A stretch of DNA of 64,000 nucleotides, from assembly GCA_000165345.1 (NCBI GenBank), contig CM000430.1, positions 448,001-512,000 of the forward strand. Reading direction: 5' to 3'. Positions 18,501 to 28,466 of the stretch are shown here, in pieces. The number at the start of each line of letters is the position of its first letter. The first letter of the stretch is position 1. The notes beneath the pieces were generated by a model. That model was not told the origin of the DNA and did not search any database. It saw only the letters and a list, made by a program, of their open reading frames with translations. A program made the translations under genes and the position numbers.

Positions 18501-20647
18501 AAAAAAACTTAATTAAACATTCTGGCTTAGCAAGTATTGCTCTTGCAGATATGGAAGAAGATAAAGAAAAAAAGATGAATTCAACAGCGCACCCTTTCCC
18601 TGCTGTTTCACAACAAGAAGAAATGGAAGAACTTAAAAAAAAAAGTTTAATGAACCACGGGTTAAACCAAGCTGGAGTTCCAATTACTTTAATAAAGTCG
18701 TATACTGTTTCCAATGTATATTACCCTAGGATATCGCAGAATATGTTCACGATTAATTTACATATCCCGTTTCACTTTATTATTGTTGCAGAAGGAAAGA
18801 CTACTGATAAAAGAAATAATTTGAAAATCATGATATCAAATTCAGGGATGGATACAGGAGGAGTGATTACTACAAGCACATCTGGAAAGACAGTTTCACT
18901 CCGCCCATCAATTGACTCAACTATGGAAGAATTTCTGTCAGATATTCTTATTCCAATAATTCCTGTGAGAAAAAAAGGGTTTGATGGAAAGATGAAGACA
19001 TTTGGGTACTTAAGGGGATATATTCTCTTAGCATTGCCTGGGGTACTAGATGAAATTAATTCTAAGAAGAGCAATGAGAATATTACAAACGATAATATAG
19101 ATGAAGACGAAATCATATCTCAAGAAATAAAACAAGCAGTTGAGAATAACAAAATTTCTAGATGTTACAGCCATGAGATGATCAGATACATAATAAATAT
19201 AAATAGTTTATATAAGAGGATCAAAGGTGATAATGTGTACCCAAATCCTGTAAGAGTACGTCTATATATATTGTCCGCATTGGCACTAGTAGTCCCAATT
19301 GACTATAGTGAAAATATTTATCAGCAATCACTTGAAAAAAAAACGTTCTTTGAAAAAATTAAAGATAAACTATCAATAATAAATATGTTTGAACAAAACA
19401 TAAGGATAAAATCATTTTATATTTCAATTGTTTACGGTTCAAAGGAAGAAAATTTTAGGTCGACTGCAAAGGGGACATTAAACCCTTTATTTTATGTATG
19501 CCAGGAGTATAACGTAAACTTTCCAGTTGAATCTAGGTTTGAGATTAGGGTTTGGGGAATACAAGAAAAAGTTTATCCATATCTAGCATGTAAAGTACTT
19601 GGGCTACTGAATCAGGAAAAGAAAGAAGATGGCGAAAATACCGATCTGAATGGAAATTCGAATAATGATTTGGTTATTAATGAAATTAATAATGAAGTTT
19701 GCCAGGAGTTGGGACCTGAATATGATGTTTTTATTGGGAGTACAGCCATGGACTTAACTGATAGATGGCATAGCAAAGAATGGCGTCAGATGATGAGAGA
19801 AGATCATATACCCATTGAATATCGTCCACTATACAGGGACTGCACAAGTAATGTCAACTATGGTTTGCTACAAATGTGGGTTGAAATTATGAGTTCAAAT
19901 AAAGCAGCAGTTACAAAAAGGTACGAGCTTTCAGAACCTGTACCAACAGAAGTGGAAGTTAGGGTCATTATCTGGGCAGGAAGAGATATAAAGACTGCAA
20001 ATAATTTAGATTATGGAGATTATTTATTTAAATCTACCCTGGATTGCAAACAGTATCCAGAATTTAGGCCAGATTTTGGTAATAATAACCCAAGGGTACA
20101 ACAGACTGATGTTCATTATAATTGTAGAACTGGGGAACCTGTTTTTAATTGGAGGCTTGTTTATCCGCACCTGGTAACACCAATAAGTGGTTGTTTACTT
20201 CAAATTTCAATTTACCATTATAGCTCATTTGGAAATCACGAATTTATCGGCGAAGTTAATTTGGACTTAAGGAAATACATAATGAATGTTGCAAATTCGT
20301 TAGAGGCAATTGATGAAGATGTCGAATTGCCACTTGTGAACTCACAAAGCGTAGATTCGTCATTTGATGCCGGTTTTGTGCAAGTGACAATTCAAATAAT
20401 TCCTCAGTCAGAAGCAAATAGTAAAAAGGTTGGAATGGGGAGAGATATACCAAATAGATTTCCGAAACTAGTAACTCCTTCAGTTGGAAGAAACTGGGAG
20501 GATTTCTTACAACTGAAGGAAAGGCAGGATGCACTTAGACCTATTTGGCTGAAAATAAGAATCGTTTATGTAATTTTTGCGATATTATTATTTTTTATCA
20601 TAGGTGCAGTATATCCTGCATTGTTTTACCAGTCAATTTATTCCTAA
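15587..20647 (+). CDS. Ferlin-like multi-C2-domain, tail-anchored membrane protein
   Basis: 1686 aa. It has several C2-like beta-sandwich segments and a single C-terminal transmembrane anchor (IVYVIFAILLFFIIGAVYPALF) directly before the stop. Size and architecture are typical of ferlins. Confidence 0.7.
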   Translation: MVRNVRSKYVVGFTIHAGKGFITPNQSPINPLVVVRCCGREYRSKIKYNKLIATQWDESHSWNDIFLTDSEWEMSFITFEVQSANSFWKNDVIGQCSIQLKTLKQRKNHFLKRHFNITELNDTFPKGLLYLTVYACGPNDTPPTSDILELMNAEEDNFQNNQVDFLNQIVGAHEMKKEFSTLEREKQMYNLYVTIYRVEDLLFKKGLRDPFITVEFSGCSMQSSIARGVLDHNFNECFRFPVVVPIVEDIIILKLWDNSTKPPAIITQGKFSFARVRSTTIPVRWYNFYGNSALNIELGNKYSNDIFFTENVSSQSDIYLGRILISIKTELLRNKDQLMPAQVIAAQPLDELFTQPCNIIADVYSIKGIFGRNACVEVSVGPNKQRTEFVSREVEGQNYDNCKNNIVNKSKKQQSMDNFVYGSTQGRVPNIEIESQSKEEFTWDIIISVYTHTNSNVNKVDAQGILSSSELAHGSKRVAYCRLKIIDIPHYIENKPLPPIWIPLKQTRDGWIDMIDNKERSYNNRFEPLSETENEKNIETNNIQEIDLYSIGSSAILISISKQFASSVKRTKRHTIKCIDYELRCYLYACRNLNETGKDRTNPYIVVSCNGVYTTSSVKVNTNNPTFLECLFLRVKIESDPLTSFPTVAPITISVFSRHSWGKRFIGLCTCIYDRINGRNKNNEPISTLEPFWIKLKGGARLNNHVGDILLCIDIVKLCDSKMVPPQPLFPELKRVQMIVTTTLLQDLFMMTEEDIQYNIKSKLSQDEDLSLLNQGIIGSKIERYRILKEMNGNFFLENHERGNVYSTEIKNPVIEFTVSAFGRVDATTEGSENVGDKLLKNSEGRTKSSSSIPTYRQIVQWKSITSAGAKEFFNKSWKTLRGYNFEFFKTISLDIFLPLSPLFDPRLTIRIFEGLVDDSKLVGEFVISLVSFLPWIPDVDSAHEWISSKHDFSNNIDIAKITNVLSKGSKKKNLIKHSGLASIALADMEEDKEKKMNSTAHPFPAVSQQEEMEELKKKSLMNHGLNQAGVPITLIKSYTVSNVYYPRISQNMFTINLHIPFHFIIVAEGKTTDKRNNLKIMISNSGMDTGGVITTSTSGKTVSLRPSIDSTMEEFLSDILIPIIPVRKKGFDGKMKTFGYLRGYILLALPGVLDEINSKKSNENITNDNIDEDEIISQEIKQAVENNKISRCYSHEMIRYIININSLYKRIKGDNVYPNPVRVRLYILSALALVVPIDYSENIYQQSLEKKTFFEKIKDKLSIINMFEQNIRIKSFYISIVYGSKEENFRSTAKGTLNPLFYVCQEYNVNFPVESRFEIRVWGIQEKVYPYLACKVLGLLNQEKKEDGENTDLNGNSNNDLVINEINNEVCQELGPEYDVFIGSTAMDLTDRWHSKEWRQMMREDHIPIEYRPLYRDCTSNVNYGLLQMWVEIMSSNKAAVTKRYELSEPVPTEVEVRVIIWAGRDIKTANNLDYGDYLFKSTLDCKQYPEFRPDFGNNNPRVQQTDVHYNCRTGEPVFNWRLVYPHLVTPISGCLLQISIYHYSSFGNHEFIGEVNLDLRKYIMNVANSLEAIDEDVELPLVNSQSVDSSFDAGFVQVTIQIIPQSEANSKKVGMGRDIPNRFPKLVTPSVGRNWEDFLQLKERQDALRPIWLKIRIVYVIFAILLFFIIGAVYPALFYQSIYS

Positions 20648-20838
20648 AGACATACCAAATTGATTTTTAAATTATTTATATTCGGCAGAATATTCAAGTT
20701 TGCGGTAAAAAAAAAAATACATAATTACATGGATTTGTGAAGAAAGGGTTTGGTTAAATGAATAATTCCAACTAAACTTATTCCTACGCAAATTTTATTT
20801 AAGTTATCAAATTAATATACATTATCTGTGTTTTTATA

Positions 20839-21345
20839 ATGAGTGATCATTCTTCACTCTTTTCTCTATCAAAAATTTCAATTAGCGACTTATTAATGTT
20901 AAAAGAGAAAAAATGTGAAAATAAAATTGAAAATGCAAAATTTATCACAAAGCCATCGAATCTTGAAGACATTTTTACAGAAGATTTTAAGCAAAAAATG
21001 GAGAGAAACAAGATTTGTTTGAGTGTGAACGCGCAAGGTGATGTTCTAACTCATTTTCCTCTTTTCTTAAATGAACCATTTACTTCTAATGAAAACAATA
21101 AATCTTTATCTGCAAGAATTGATACAAAAAAAGAAAATCTTCATTTAAATCAAACGAACAATAGCGCTATTTCAAAAAAAAGAAGTAAAATTAATGAAAT
21201 AATTGAAACTAACATTGGAGATCATTTGATTTATGAAATGAAGATTAACAAAAATCGATTCGCAAGAAAAGAGTTGACTAGCACAAAATTAATTTGGAAT
21301 TCAATTCAAGAAAATATTAAAAGTATTATTTCTTCTACTGAATAG
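20839..21345 (+). CDS. Hypothetical small protein (168 aa)
   Basis: ORF with ATG at 20839 in the roughly 720-bp gap between the convergent ferlin and glucan-water-dikinase genes. It has a K/N-rich composition and no recognisable domain. It could be a genuine lineage-specific gene or just an ORF in the 3' UTR. Confidence 0.3.
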   Translation: MSDHSSLFSLSKISISDLLMLKEKKCENKIENAKFITKPSNLEDIFTEDFKQKMERNKICLSVNAQGDVLTHFPLFLNEPFTSNENNKSLSARIDTKKENLHLNQTNNSAISKKRSKINEIIETNIGDHLIYEMKINKNRFARKELTSTKLIWNSIQENIKSIISSTE

Positions 21346-21370
21346 ATAAAATTGATTCATTGATTTTTGT

Positions 21371-24300
21371 CTAAACCTGGGGTCTTGACTGTACAATAGC
21401 TATACTAAATGATTTTATGCTTGATCCTTGGCAATCTTCAATTATACAGCCCTCAATATCCTGTGGTATTTCGTCAAACTCATCTTGAACATAAAACGCT
21501 ATTGTTGCCAATTGTTTCAGTGCTTCATTTCTGTAATCTTGATCTTTTATTATTGGCTGACTCAGATACTTAACATATTTACTAATAGGATCGAATAGCG
21601 GAACTGACTGAAATACTCCTGCTCCTGCAAACCCTTCAATATCTTCTGCATTTGAGTCTGACCTAAAAATGAAGTTGCAAGGTATGTTACAATGATCAAT
21701 TAAGCTTCTATTATTTTGAGAAATTGGATTAAACATTGCAGTTGATTTTGAGGGAAACGAAACGACATTGATATTTTGAATAAAACTTTTATCTTTGTAA
21801 TTTTTACAGTTCCTTTTTCTTAATGCAGTAAATCCCATAGATTTCCCAAGTGTATTCGAAACTAATGTTTCCCCTAATCCAATAACCAATTCTCCATACA
21901 TCTCTTCGTATTCTGCTAAGTTAATATTCTTATTCTGAATTGGGTTTTTGCTGTGTAGTACAAAAGCGTATTTGGCATTCATTAACCTTTGAATTGCAAT
22001 CGACATGTATACATTTGACAGTGGTAATCCAATTTTTTTCATGTTCAAGAATGAAATTGGCTGATATACAGACATCCAAACCTTTATAATTTTCTCCCAA
22101 ATTAATTTCATCGAGTTGGAATGTTTTTGAATCCTTTCTTTATTAATTGCTTTTATAGTATCAACATTTATATTTTCTAAATCTAGCTGTACAAGTATTT
22201 TCATCGCATTTATTAATTCCTCAATTAGCTGAGTGCATGGTTCGACTTCATATTCAATGATATTGCAAACATTTTTAAGTATTTCAGATGCCTCTGGATT
22301 TTCTATTTTACATTGTTCTTCAAGAATATTTAGTTGGGAGGTTATTTTTTCAAATGTGCTGCTGTTCAATAATTTGTTCAATGTACCAAATGGTAAAGAA
22401 ACACAACTTGGTACAAAAAAAGGTAGTTCAATACTTTTTGATGTAAATAATCGTCTTAGCTTGACGAGGTTTAATGCCTTTTGCCCGACATTATTATTAT
22501 CCATTTCGCTTGGTAGTAAAACCCATTTGTTTAAGCCTTTAATTTTGTTTTTAAATTCGAAAAATCTTGATTTATACTTTACCTTTACTTGACTCAAAGA
22601 TTTGGTTGCAATCAATTCATTTTTATCTAAAATCTCATTGTTTTTACTGATATCTAGCCTCAAATCGCTTCTAATTTGTAAATTAATTATTTCATTTTCC
22701 TCTATAGAATTAATGAATTCTGAAATTTGAGGGTTTTGGCAAACAACTAGTAAAACATTCATATTCCTTGCTCTAACCGATAAATGAGAAAGTAAATCTG
22801 GTGAGTTTTCAGGGTTTGTCAAAATTATCCCAATTACATTCATTGGAATATCTTCCTCTCCAGAAATATTCGAGCAAGAAATTATTTTCTTATACGGATC
22901 TTCAGCAAGTTCTGTTATTTTGTTCAATTTCTTAAAAATTCCAGTGAAAATTTGGTCATCTCTCCATGAGGGGTGATAACTAATAAATTGCCAATCACTC
23001 AATTCATTAGGATCAGTTTTATTTAATAAATATTTATTTACTCGTTTAATTTGAAGTGAAATTGTGGAATATAGTGTAGAACGCAAAATTTCATCCATAA
23101 AATTTTTTATTATTGGATCGTCTTTAGATAGACCAATGCTTCTTCCGAAGAAAGTAACTTTTGGGTTCCATATTGAAAAAATATTATCCATCATTGATCC
23201 AATAAAAAGCTGTAGCCTATCTACTAAACTCTTCAAAATAAGAATATAGTTTTCTGTTGATTTATTCAATATTTTGAATTCTTTCCAATCAAAAATAATT
23301 GCTTCTAATTCTTTATTACACGGGTCATGCCCAAATAATATCCAGATGAAAGAATTCATTTCATCAATGAGATGTATAATATTATCATAGTTGTTATTTA
23401 TAGTGCAGATTGTTTGTATAAACATGCACTGCAAGTTTTCCAGGCCTAAATCCAAGTACATTATTTCTTTAATTGCATGAAAATTGCAAGTATCTGTATC
23501 CAATTGTTTCCCTCCGTATAAATTATAAATCAAATTTAAAATTTCTTCTCTTGCCCTATTAACATGCATTAATCGACCATGTAAAACATTTAAGTCTTTG
23601 GTGTTATCAAACCGTTTATTTTCCCCAAATATCACAGATGCGCAGATATTTTGTGATCTTTCATCCAAGTACTCTCTTGAATAATGAAATGATCTTTGAA
23701 GGTTTGATGCTTCGTGAACATCCACCAGCACCTCTAAATATTGTTCAAAATCAGATGCAAGAGTATTAACATCTAAGAAAGGAGGAATATATGGCTTTGA
23801 AGTAATTGGACGGTCATAAGATCTAATTTTTTCCCAAGATAATCCTTCTTCATGAAGTATCTTTGAAAAAATTTCTTCATTACCATTGTTTCTAAGGTAT
23901 CCAATAATTGAACGACATATTCCAACATCATCCGGAGTTGTATTATTATGTAACTTTTGATGCCATTGCTCGTAAAAGGTTCCATGATCTTCTGGAATAC
24001 GATTCTTATGCATAATATGTAGTATCCTATCTCTTACTTCCTGCCCACGAGATCCGCCTCTAATAATTGACTGGGCAATTAATCTAATTTGGTATCTGTA
24101 TTGAGGCATCTCCAGCCACTTTGATATTAGCGTTAATGAAGCTGTTTCTGCTGATTGAGCTAATAACCTCGGAGCAGTGTTATAATTTCTTTGCCAATCT
24201 AATACTCCAAGAGAATTAAATCTCATCCAAATCATAATCCATGCCCAGAATTCTTCACCACAAAGTATTGCGTCTCTAATATTCTCGGAGTTTATTGCTA

Positions 24301-26329
24301 TCAAATTATGATCAGTAGACTCTCGTTTGTTATTGGTTTCAAAGTCATACCATAATATTACATTTGAATTAGATATAAATTTGTAAGTACCATTTATAAA
24401 TTCATTTGACCATTTTTTAATAATCTGATCCATTAAATTATATCTGTGCATCAAAGTTATACTTCCCCATTCAACTTCTGCATTAATGATATCAAATACT
24501 ATATCTGACCAAATTCCTTTCCATCTGTCATTTTTTTTTTCTTGGAAGGAGATTACAATTTCTATATCTTTATCTCCTTCCTTGTGCCAACAAACATGAC
24601 CATTCTCGTCTAATGTCTTAAAAACACAAACGAACCGATCAAATGGCATTGAATCTATTAATTTGATTTTTATTTCAACTTCTTGTTCAAATATGTAATC
24701 ATCTACTTTATTTATTTCAGGCATATCGATTTCAGTTGAATCTTCACTTATTTCGTTGTATTCTGAAGATGAACAAAAATTTGAAAGATTTCTCCAGCTC
24801 TTTTTCCCTCTTATTGTTCGATCCAACATTCCACAGTGCAATACAAGTTTTCTTTTTGAAATCGTTTTTAATCTGATTATGCTATTTCCATTTTGAAGAG
24901 CAGATAGAATATGTAATTTTCCAATACCTTCGGAAATATCTACAATTTTATTTGTAATAATAAATTCAGATGAAATTAAATTAACCTTTAAAAATTCTTC
25001 GATTGATTTGTCTATTTCGGATAGAAATCTTTTTAGATTAAATTCCCAAGTTTGATTAGTTTTTTTCTTATTTATATCAAAGATAGAATTTAGAGACTTT
25101 TCTTCTTCATGATGGATAGAATATGGTAATTTAAAAATAAAGTCTTTATTGTTCTCTGACTTCACCCACTTAATTGGATATTTTGAAGTTTGTTTTGGCT
25201 TAAGCTTGATTACATAAACAAAACCTTTAAATAGCTGTAAAATTTCAATTGGAAATATTAATTTACATATAGAGTAATACTTTGTGATAATAAAATTTGT
25301 TTCGACAGACATTTCATCTATCCTAGTAAAATTTGAAATTAGATTGTGCCTTCTCAAATATTCGTATGGAGATAACCAATTTATCTTCTGCGTACATTTT
25401 GTAAAGCCAAAGTGAAGAGCCAATTCATATTCTTCGAGGTTAAATTTATTTTGATAATTATAGCTTGAGTTACCAATATCCGTATAAACTATTAATTCAA
25501 AAAAATCGTTGTTTTGAAATTTTTCATATGTTTTACAGGATACGACCCAAACACAATTATTCTCTGTGGTAAATTCATTGTATGAATATATAAATGAATC
25601 ATTAAGGATGAAGTGGGCATTTTTGTCTGTTGTATTTAATGATTTGGATTTTAAAGTATCTTCTGAATCCAATCCAATTTCAGAGAATTTTTGGAATAAA
25701 TGTTGATTTTGTTGGTCTTCGGAAATAATTAGTTCTATCCACTCTAAAAGGAATAACACTCTTCCAATTGGAATAAAAAAGTCAGAATTGTGTCTATCCA
25801 AATCTTTAATCCATATTTTCTCAGTTAAAAATAGTTCATTATTGGTAGAGTGAGGTGAAATTGAATACAGTACAAATGATATTCCCCACTCTTTGTTTAT
25901 TCCGTTAAGCCAATCCGGAGAATTTTTACAATTTTCTGTTTCATTAAATTCAACTTCATTAATAGAGATATATTTATGGGAAGATTTTAGATGAAGAATA
26001 TCAAGCATAATTTTGCAAGAATAAAATGAAAAATCGTCCGATATTTTAAGGCCAGTTTTACACGAGATTCCATCGTCATTTTTCTCTATTGTAGAACCAT
26101 TGGATAAAAAAAGACAATTTAAAGGCTGCATCCATTTAGATTTACTTTTTGGAACAATTCCCCAATGAAGTGTTATCAATTGATTTAAAAAATTATTATT
26201 TCGATATAAAAAGTTAATTTTTAAAGCTCTATTTTTATTTTCAAGTTCAACTTTGACTTGAATTTTTCCTCCGTTTGAGCAGTTAAAGTTATAAAGTTGA
26301 AACAATTGTATACCATTACCTTCATTCAT
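21371..26329 (-). CDS. GWD: Alpha-glucan, water dikinase (GWD/R1-type starch/amylopectin phosphorylating enzyme)
   Basis: 1652 aa. The C-terminal PEP-utilising/PPDK-like nucleotide-binding region carries the diagnostic motif IFRSDSNAEDIEGFAGAGVFQSVP (compare plant RSDSNGEDLEGYAGAGLYDSVP) and ELVIGLGETLVSN. The N-terminus has starch-binding-like repeats. Confidence 0.85.
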   Translation of the reverse strand: MNEGNGIQLFQLYNFNCSNGGKIQVKVELENKNRALKINFLYRNNNFLNQLITLHWGIVPKSKSKWMQPLNCLFLSNGSTIEKNDDGISCKTGLKISDDFSFYSCKIMLDILHLKSSHKYISINEVEFNETENCKNSPDWLNGINKEWGISFVLYSISPHSTNNELFLTEKIWIKDLDRHNSDFFIPIGRVLFLLEWIELIISEDQQNQHLFQKFSEIGLDSEDTLKSKSLNTTDKNAHFILNDSFIYSYNEFTTENNCVWVVSCKTYEKFQNNDFFELIVYTDIGNSSYNYQNKFNLEEYELALHFGFTKCTQKINWLSPYEYLRRHNLISNFTRIDEMSVETNFIITKYYSICKLIFPIEILQLFKGFVYVIKLKPKQTSKYPIKWVKSENNKDFIFKLPYSIHHEEEKSLNSIFDINKKKTNQTWEFNLKRFLSEIDKSIEEFLKVNLISSEFIITNKIVDISEGIGKLHILSALQNGNSIIRLKTISKRKLVLHCGMLDRTIRGKKSWRNLSNFCSSSEYNEISEDSTEIDMPEINKVDDYIFEQEVEIKIKLIDSMPFDRFVCVFKTLDENGHVCWHKEGDKDIEIVISFQEKKNDRWKGIWSDIVFDIINAEVEWGSITLMHRYNLMDQIIKKWSNEFINGTYKFISNSNVILWYDFETNNKRESTDHNLIAINSENIRDAILCGEEFWAWIMIWMRFNSLGVLDWQRNYNTAPRLLAQSAETASLTLISKWLEMPQYRYQIRLIAQSIIRGGSRGQEVRDRILHIMHKNRIPEDHGTFYEQWHQKLHNNTTPDDVGICRSIIGYLRNNGNEEIFSKILHEEGLSWEKIRSYDRPITSKPYIPPFLDVNTLASDFEQYLEVLVDVHEASNLQRSFHYSREYLDERSQNICASVIFGENKRFDNTKDLNVLHGRLMHVNRAREEILNLIYNLYGGKQLDTDTCNFHAIKEIMYLDLGLENLQCMFIQTICTINNNYDNIIHLIDEMNSFIWILFGHDPCNKELEAIIFDWKEFKILNKSTENYILILKSLVDRLQLFIGSMMDNIFSIWNPKVTFFGRSIGLSKDDPIIKNFMDEILRSTLYSTISLQIKRVNKYLLNKTDPNELSDWQFISYHPSWRDDQIFTGIFKKLNKITELAEDPYKKIISCSNISGEEDIPMNVIGIILTNPENSPDLLSHLSVRARNMNVLLVVCQNPQISEFINSIEENEIINLQIRSDLRLDISKNNEILDKNELIATKSLSQVKVKYKSRFFEFKNKIKGLNKWVLLPSEMDNNNVGQKALNLVKLRRLFTSKSIELPFFVPSCVSLPFGTLNKLLNSSTFEKITSQLNILEEQCKIENPEASEILKNVCNIIEYEVEPCTQLIEELINAMKILVQLDLENINVDTIKAINKERIQKHSNSMKLIWEKIIKVWMSVYQPISFLNMKKIGLPLSNVYMSIAIQRLMNAKYAFVLHSKNPIQNKNINLAEYEEMYGELVIGLGETLVSNTLGKSMGFTALRKRNCKNYKDKSFIQNINVVSFPSKSTAMFNPISQNNRSLIDHCNIPCNFIFRSDSNAEDIEGFAGAGVFQSVPLFDPISKYVKYLSQPIIKDQDYRNEALKQLATIAFYVQDEFDEIPQDIEGCIIEDCQGSSIKSFSIAIVQSRPQV

Positions 26330-26415
26330 CTCTTTAGTACATCTAAGATATAATTCTGTGCTTGAAATAATGCATGTTTAATAATTGTATTTCAATTTAG
26401 CTTAGGCTGCAGCTT

Positions 26416-26455
26416 GCGCATGTATTTAAATTGACTATTTTTTACATGCATGTAA
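26416..26455. promoter_or_regulatory. Bidirectional promoter region with two GCATG-core motifs (gcgcatgta; acatgcatgta)
   Basis: The motifs are at 26416-26424 and 26445-26455, inside the 353-bp divergent spacer between GWD (start at 26329, minus strand) and the MA3-domain gene (start at 26683, plus strand). Confidence 0.3.
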
Positions 26456-26682
26456 ATTCAAAAAGCCGGTTTAACCAACAATTATCAGGCGGTCCATTCT
26501 TATTTGAGAGGATATTTAATTTAATTAATAATAAATTATAACTATTGAAATTATTTGTACACAATTGTTTAATTTATTTAGCAAATTTACACAAAGTACC
26601 ACACTCGTCTTTGAAAAGTGAACATCTTTAATAATTTAATATACTGGAGTTTGCCTTTGTACTGATTTAAACATTCTTTACT

Positions 26683-28398
26683 ATGGAGGAAGAATCACCA
26701 GTTGGCTCTCCAATTCTAATATTAGATAAAAGCGATCCTGTATTTAATAGTGAATCCGAAGATGAAAATGTTTCTTATTCTGTGATTGATGTGGAAAGGA
26801 GAGAGAGGGTGGTGGAGACGTTTTCTTGGAGTCCTCAAGGAAGAGGGGCAGAAGCTGAGTGTAGGATTTCTATTGAGGAGTTTAGAATTCGAATAAAAAA
26901 TCTTTGCCAAGACTATTTTTTAGATTTTAAAACCCAAGACTTTATCAATGGACTAAAATGTATTTCTTGCCCTTCTTTACATAATTTAGTGATAGTAATT
27001 ACTATCAGAATGGCATTAGATTATAGTTTGAGCGTGCAACAACAGGTATCAGCACTGCTAACGATATTGAAAGACTCTCACTTGATTACTCAACAACAAA
27101 TTGAAGATGGCTTAGAAAAGCTTATCCAGTCTATAGACGATATATGTTTGGATGCGCCCTATTCTCCGGAGAGACTGGAATGCCTTGTAGATTGCGCAAT
27201 AGTTGACGGCATTATTCCATCTAATTTCAGATGTAGGTATCCTGAAGCTTTCCTAAACAAGCTGATTGAACTTCGTAGAATATCAGAAAATAATCCAAAA
27301 GAAATTTTTAATGTAAGTGAAATAGAGGGGCTGAATCTTCATCTAAAAACTCTTAGAACATTCAAGTCATTTATACTTGAAAATGAGGAGGACTTCTTTT
27401 CTTCAGGTTTTAACATTACCGAAGTTGAAAAAATAATATCAGATGCCCATTTGGCAGCTTATAAAACTGCATTTTGGAATGGAATTGACTGGACGGCTAG
27501 TTCTTTCGCGGAAAAGTCTTCTAGCGAAGCCAATTCAGTTCCTTCAACACTGTGTTTCAATCACGAGTTTGTAAAGAATATTGTAATTTCATCAATGAGC
27601 CGGAACAATTTACAAAGAGAGCTAGTTTCTAATGGGTTGAATTTATTATCGCCTTCGATAATCAATTCAGTTGACATCTCACTTGGATTTATGAGGATTC
27701 TTGGAAACTTGGATGATTTATCTCTAGACGTGCTTAATGCATGCGACCTTACAACTAAATTTATCGCAAGATGTATTGTGGACGAACTACTTCCACCTTC
27801 ATTTATAACGGTGAATTCAATTCTTCATATGGGAGGTCCTGGCGGAACTCAAGCTTTGAATATGTCCGAGCAGTTTTTACGCAACAAGCCGAGAAATTTG
27901 TTGAGACATCAGACACAAAATATCTGGTTGCAAAGTGAAGATGTGAAGGAGGATATTTTAATTAAGATGGAAGTTACAAAAGCACTAGATAAATATTCAA
28001 TTTCTCTTGACAAAAGAGAATGCATAAAAACACTTCACTCACTACCATTAACACAAACAAATAAAAAATACTTAGTTAAGTATATTATTCTTCACTTTAT
28101 TGAAAAAGTATCGCTAGGTTCAGATGATCAGTTATCAAATTATACTGGCGGCGATCAGTTTAAAAATAATTTCGTAGAGTTTTGTGACCGTGAGATGAGA
28201 GCAGGTATATCTTTACTAGAGTACTTATTGAGCCAAGGGTTCCTTGACGAGGATACAATTATGGAAGGATTTCATATATATCCAGATACTACACGTGACT
28301 TTGCATCAGTAGACCAACAAACACAAGAGGTTTTTTCAGTTTTTGTTTCAAAAGCAATAGAGCGCGCCCTGCTTCCATATAATTGGAAAACAAACTAG
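26683..28398 (+). CDS. MA3-domain protein (PDCD4-like, tandem MA3/MIF4G-type helical repeats)
   Basis: 571 aa. There are two MA3-like blocks. One is ...ICLDAPYSPERLECLVDCAIVDGIIPSNF..., which matches the PDCD4 'D.P.a.e.la.fvaRavvD.ilp' pattern. A second is near SLDVLNACDLTTKFIARCIVDELLPPSF. Confidence 0.6.
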   Translation: MEEESPVGSPILILDKSDPVFNSESEDENVSYSVIDVERRERVVETFSWSPQGRGAEAECRISIEEFRIRIKNLCQDYFLDFKTQDFINGLKCISCPSLHNLVIVITIRMALDYSLSVQQQVSALLTILKDSHLITQQQIEDGLEKLIQSIDDICLDAPYSPERLECLVDCAIVDGIIPSNFRCRYPEAFLNKLIELRRISENNPKEIFNVSEIEGLNLHLKTLRTFKSFILENEEDFFSSGFNITEVEKIISDAHLAAYKTAFWNGIDWTASSFAEKSSSEANSVPSTLCFNHEFVKNIVISSMSRNNLQRELVSNGLNLLSPSIINSVDISLGFMRILGNLDDLSLDVLNACDLTTKFIARCIVDELLPPSFITVNSILHMGGPGGTQALNMSEQFLRNKPRNLLRHQTQNIWLQSEDVKEDILIKMEVTKALDKYSISLDKRECIKTLHSLPLTQTNKKYLVKYIILHFIEKVSLGSDDQLSNYTGGDQFKNNFVEFCDREMRAGISLLEYLLSQGFLDEDTIMEGFHIYPDTTRDFASVDQQTQEVFSVFVSKAIERALLPYNWKTN

Positions 28399-28466
28399 TT
28401 CAATTCACTTTCTGCGATTAATATTCTACTCATAATGATATTTGCTAGGTAAATGTAGATATAATA

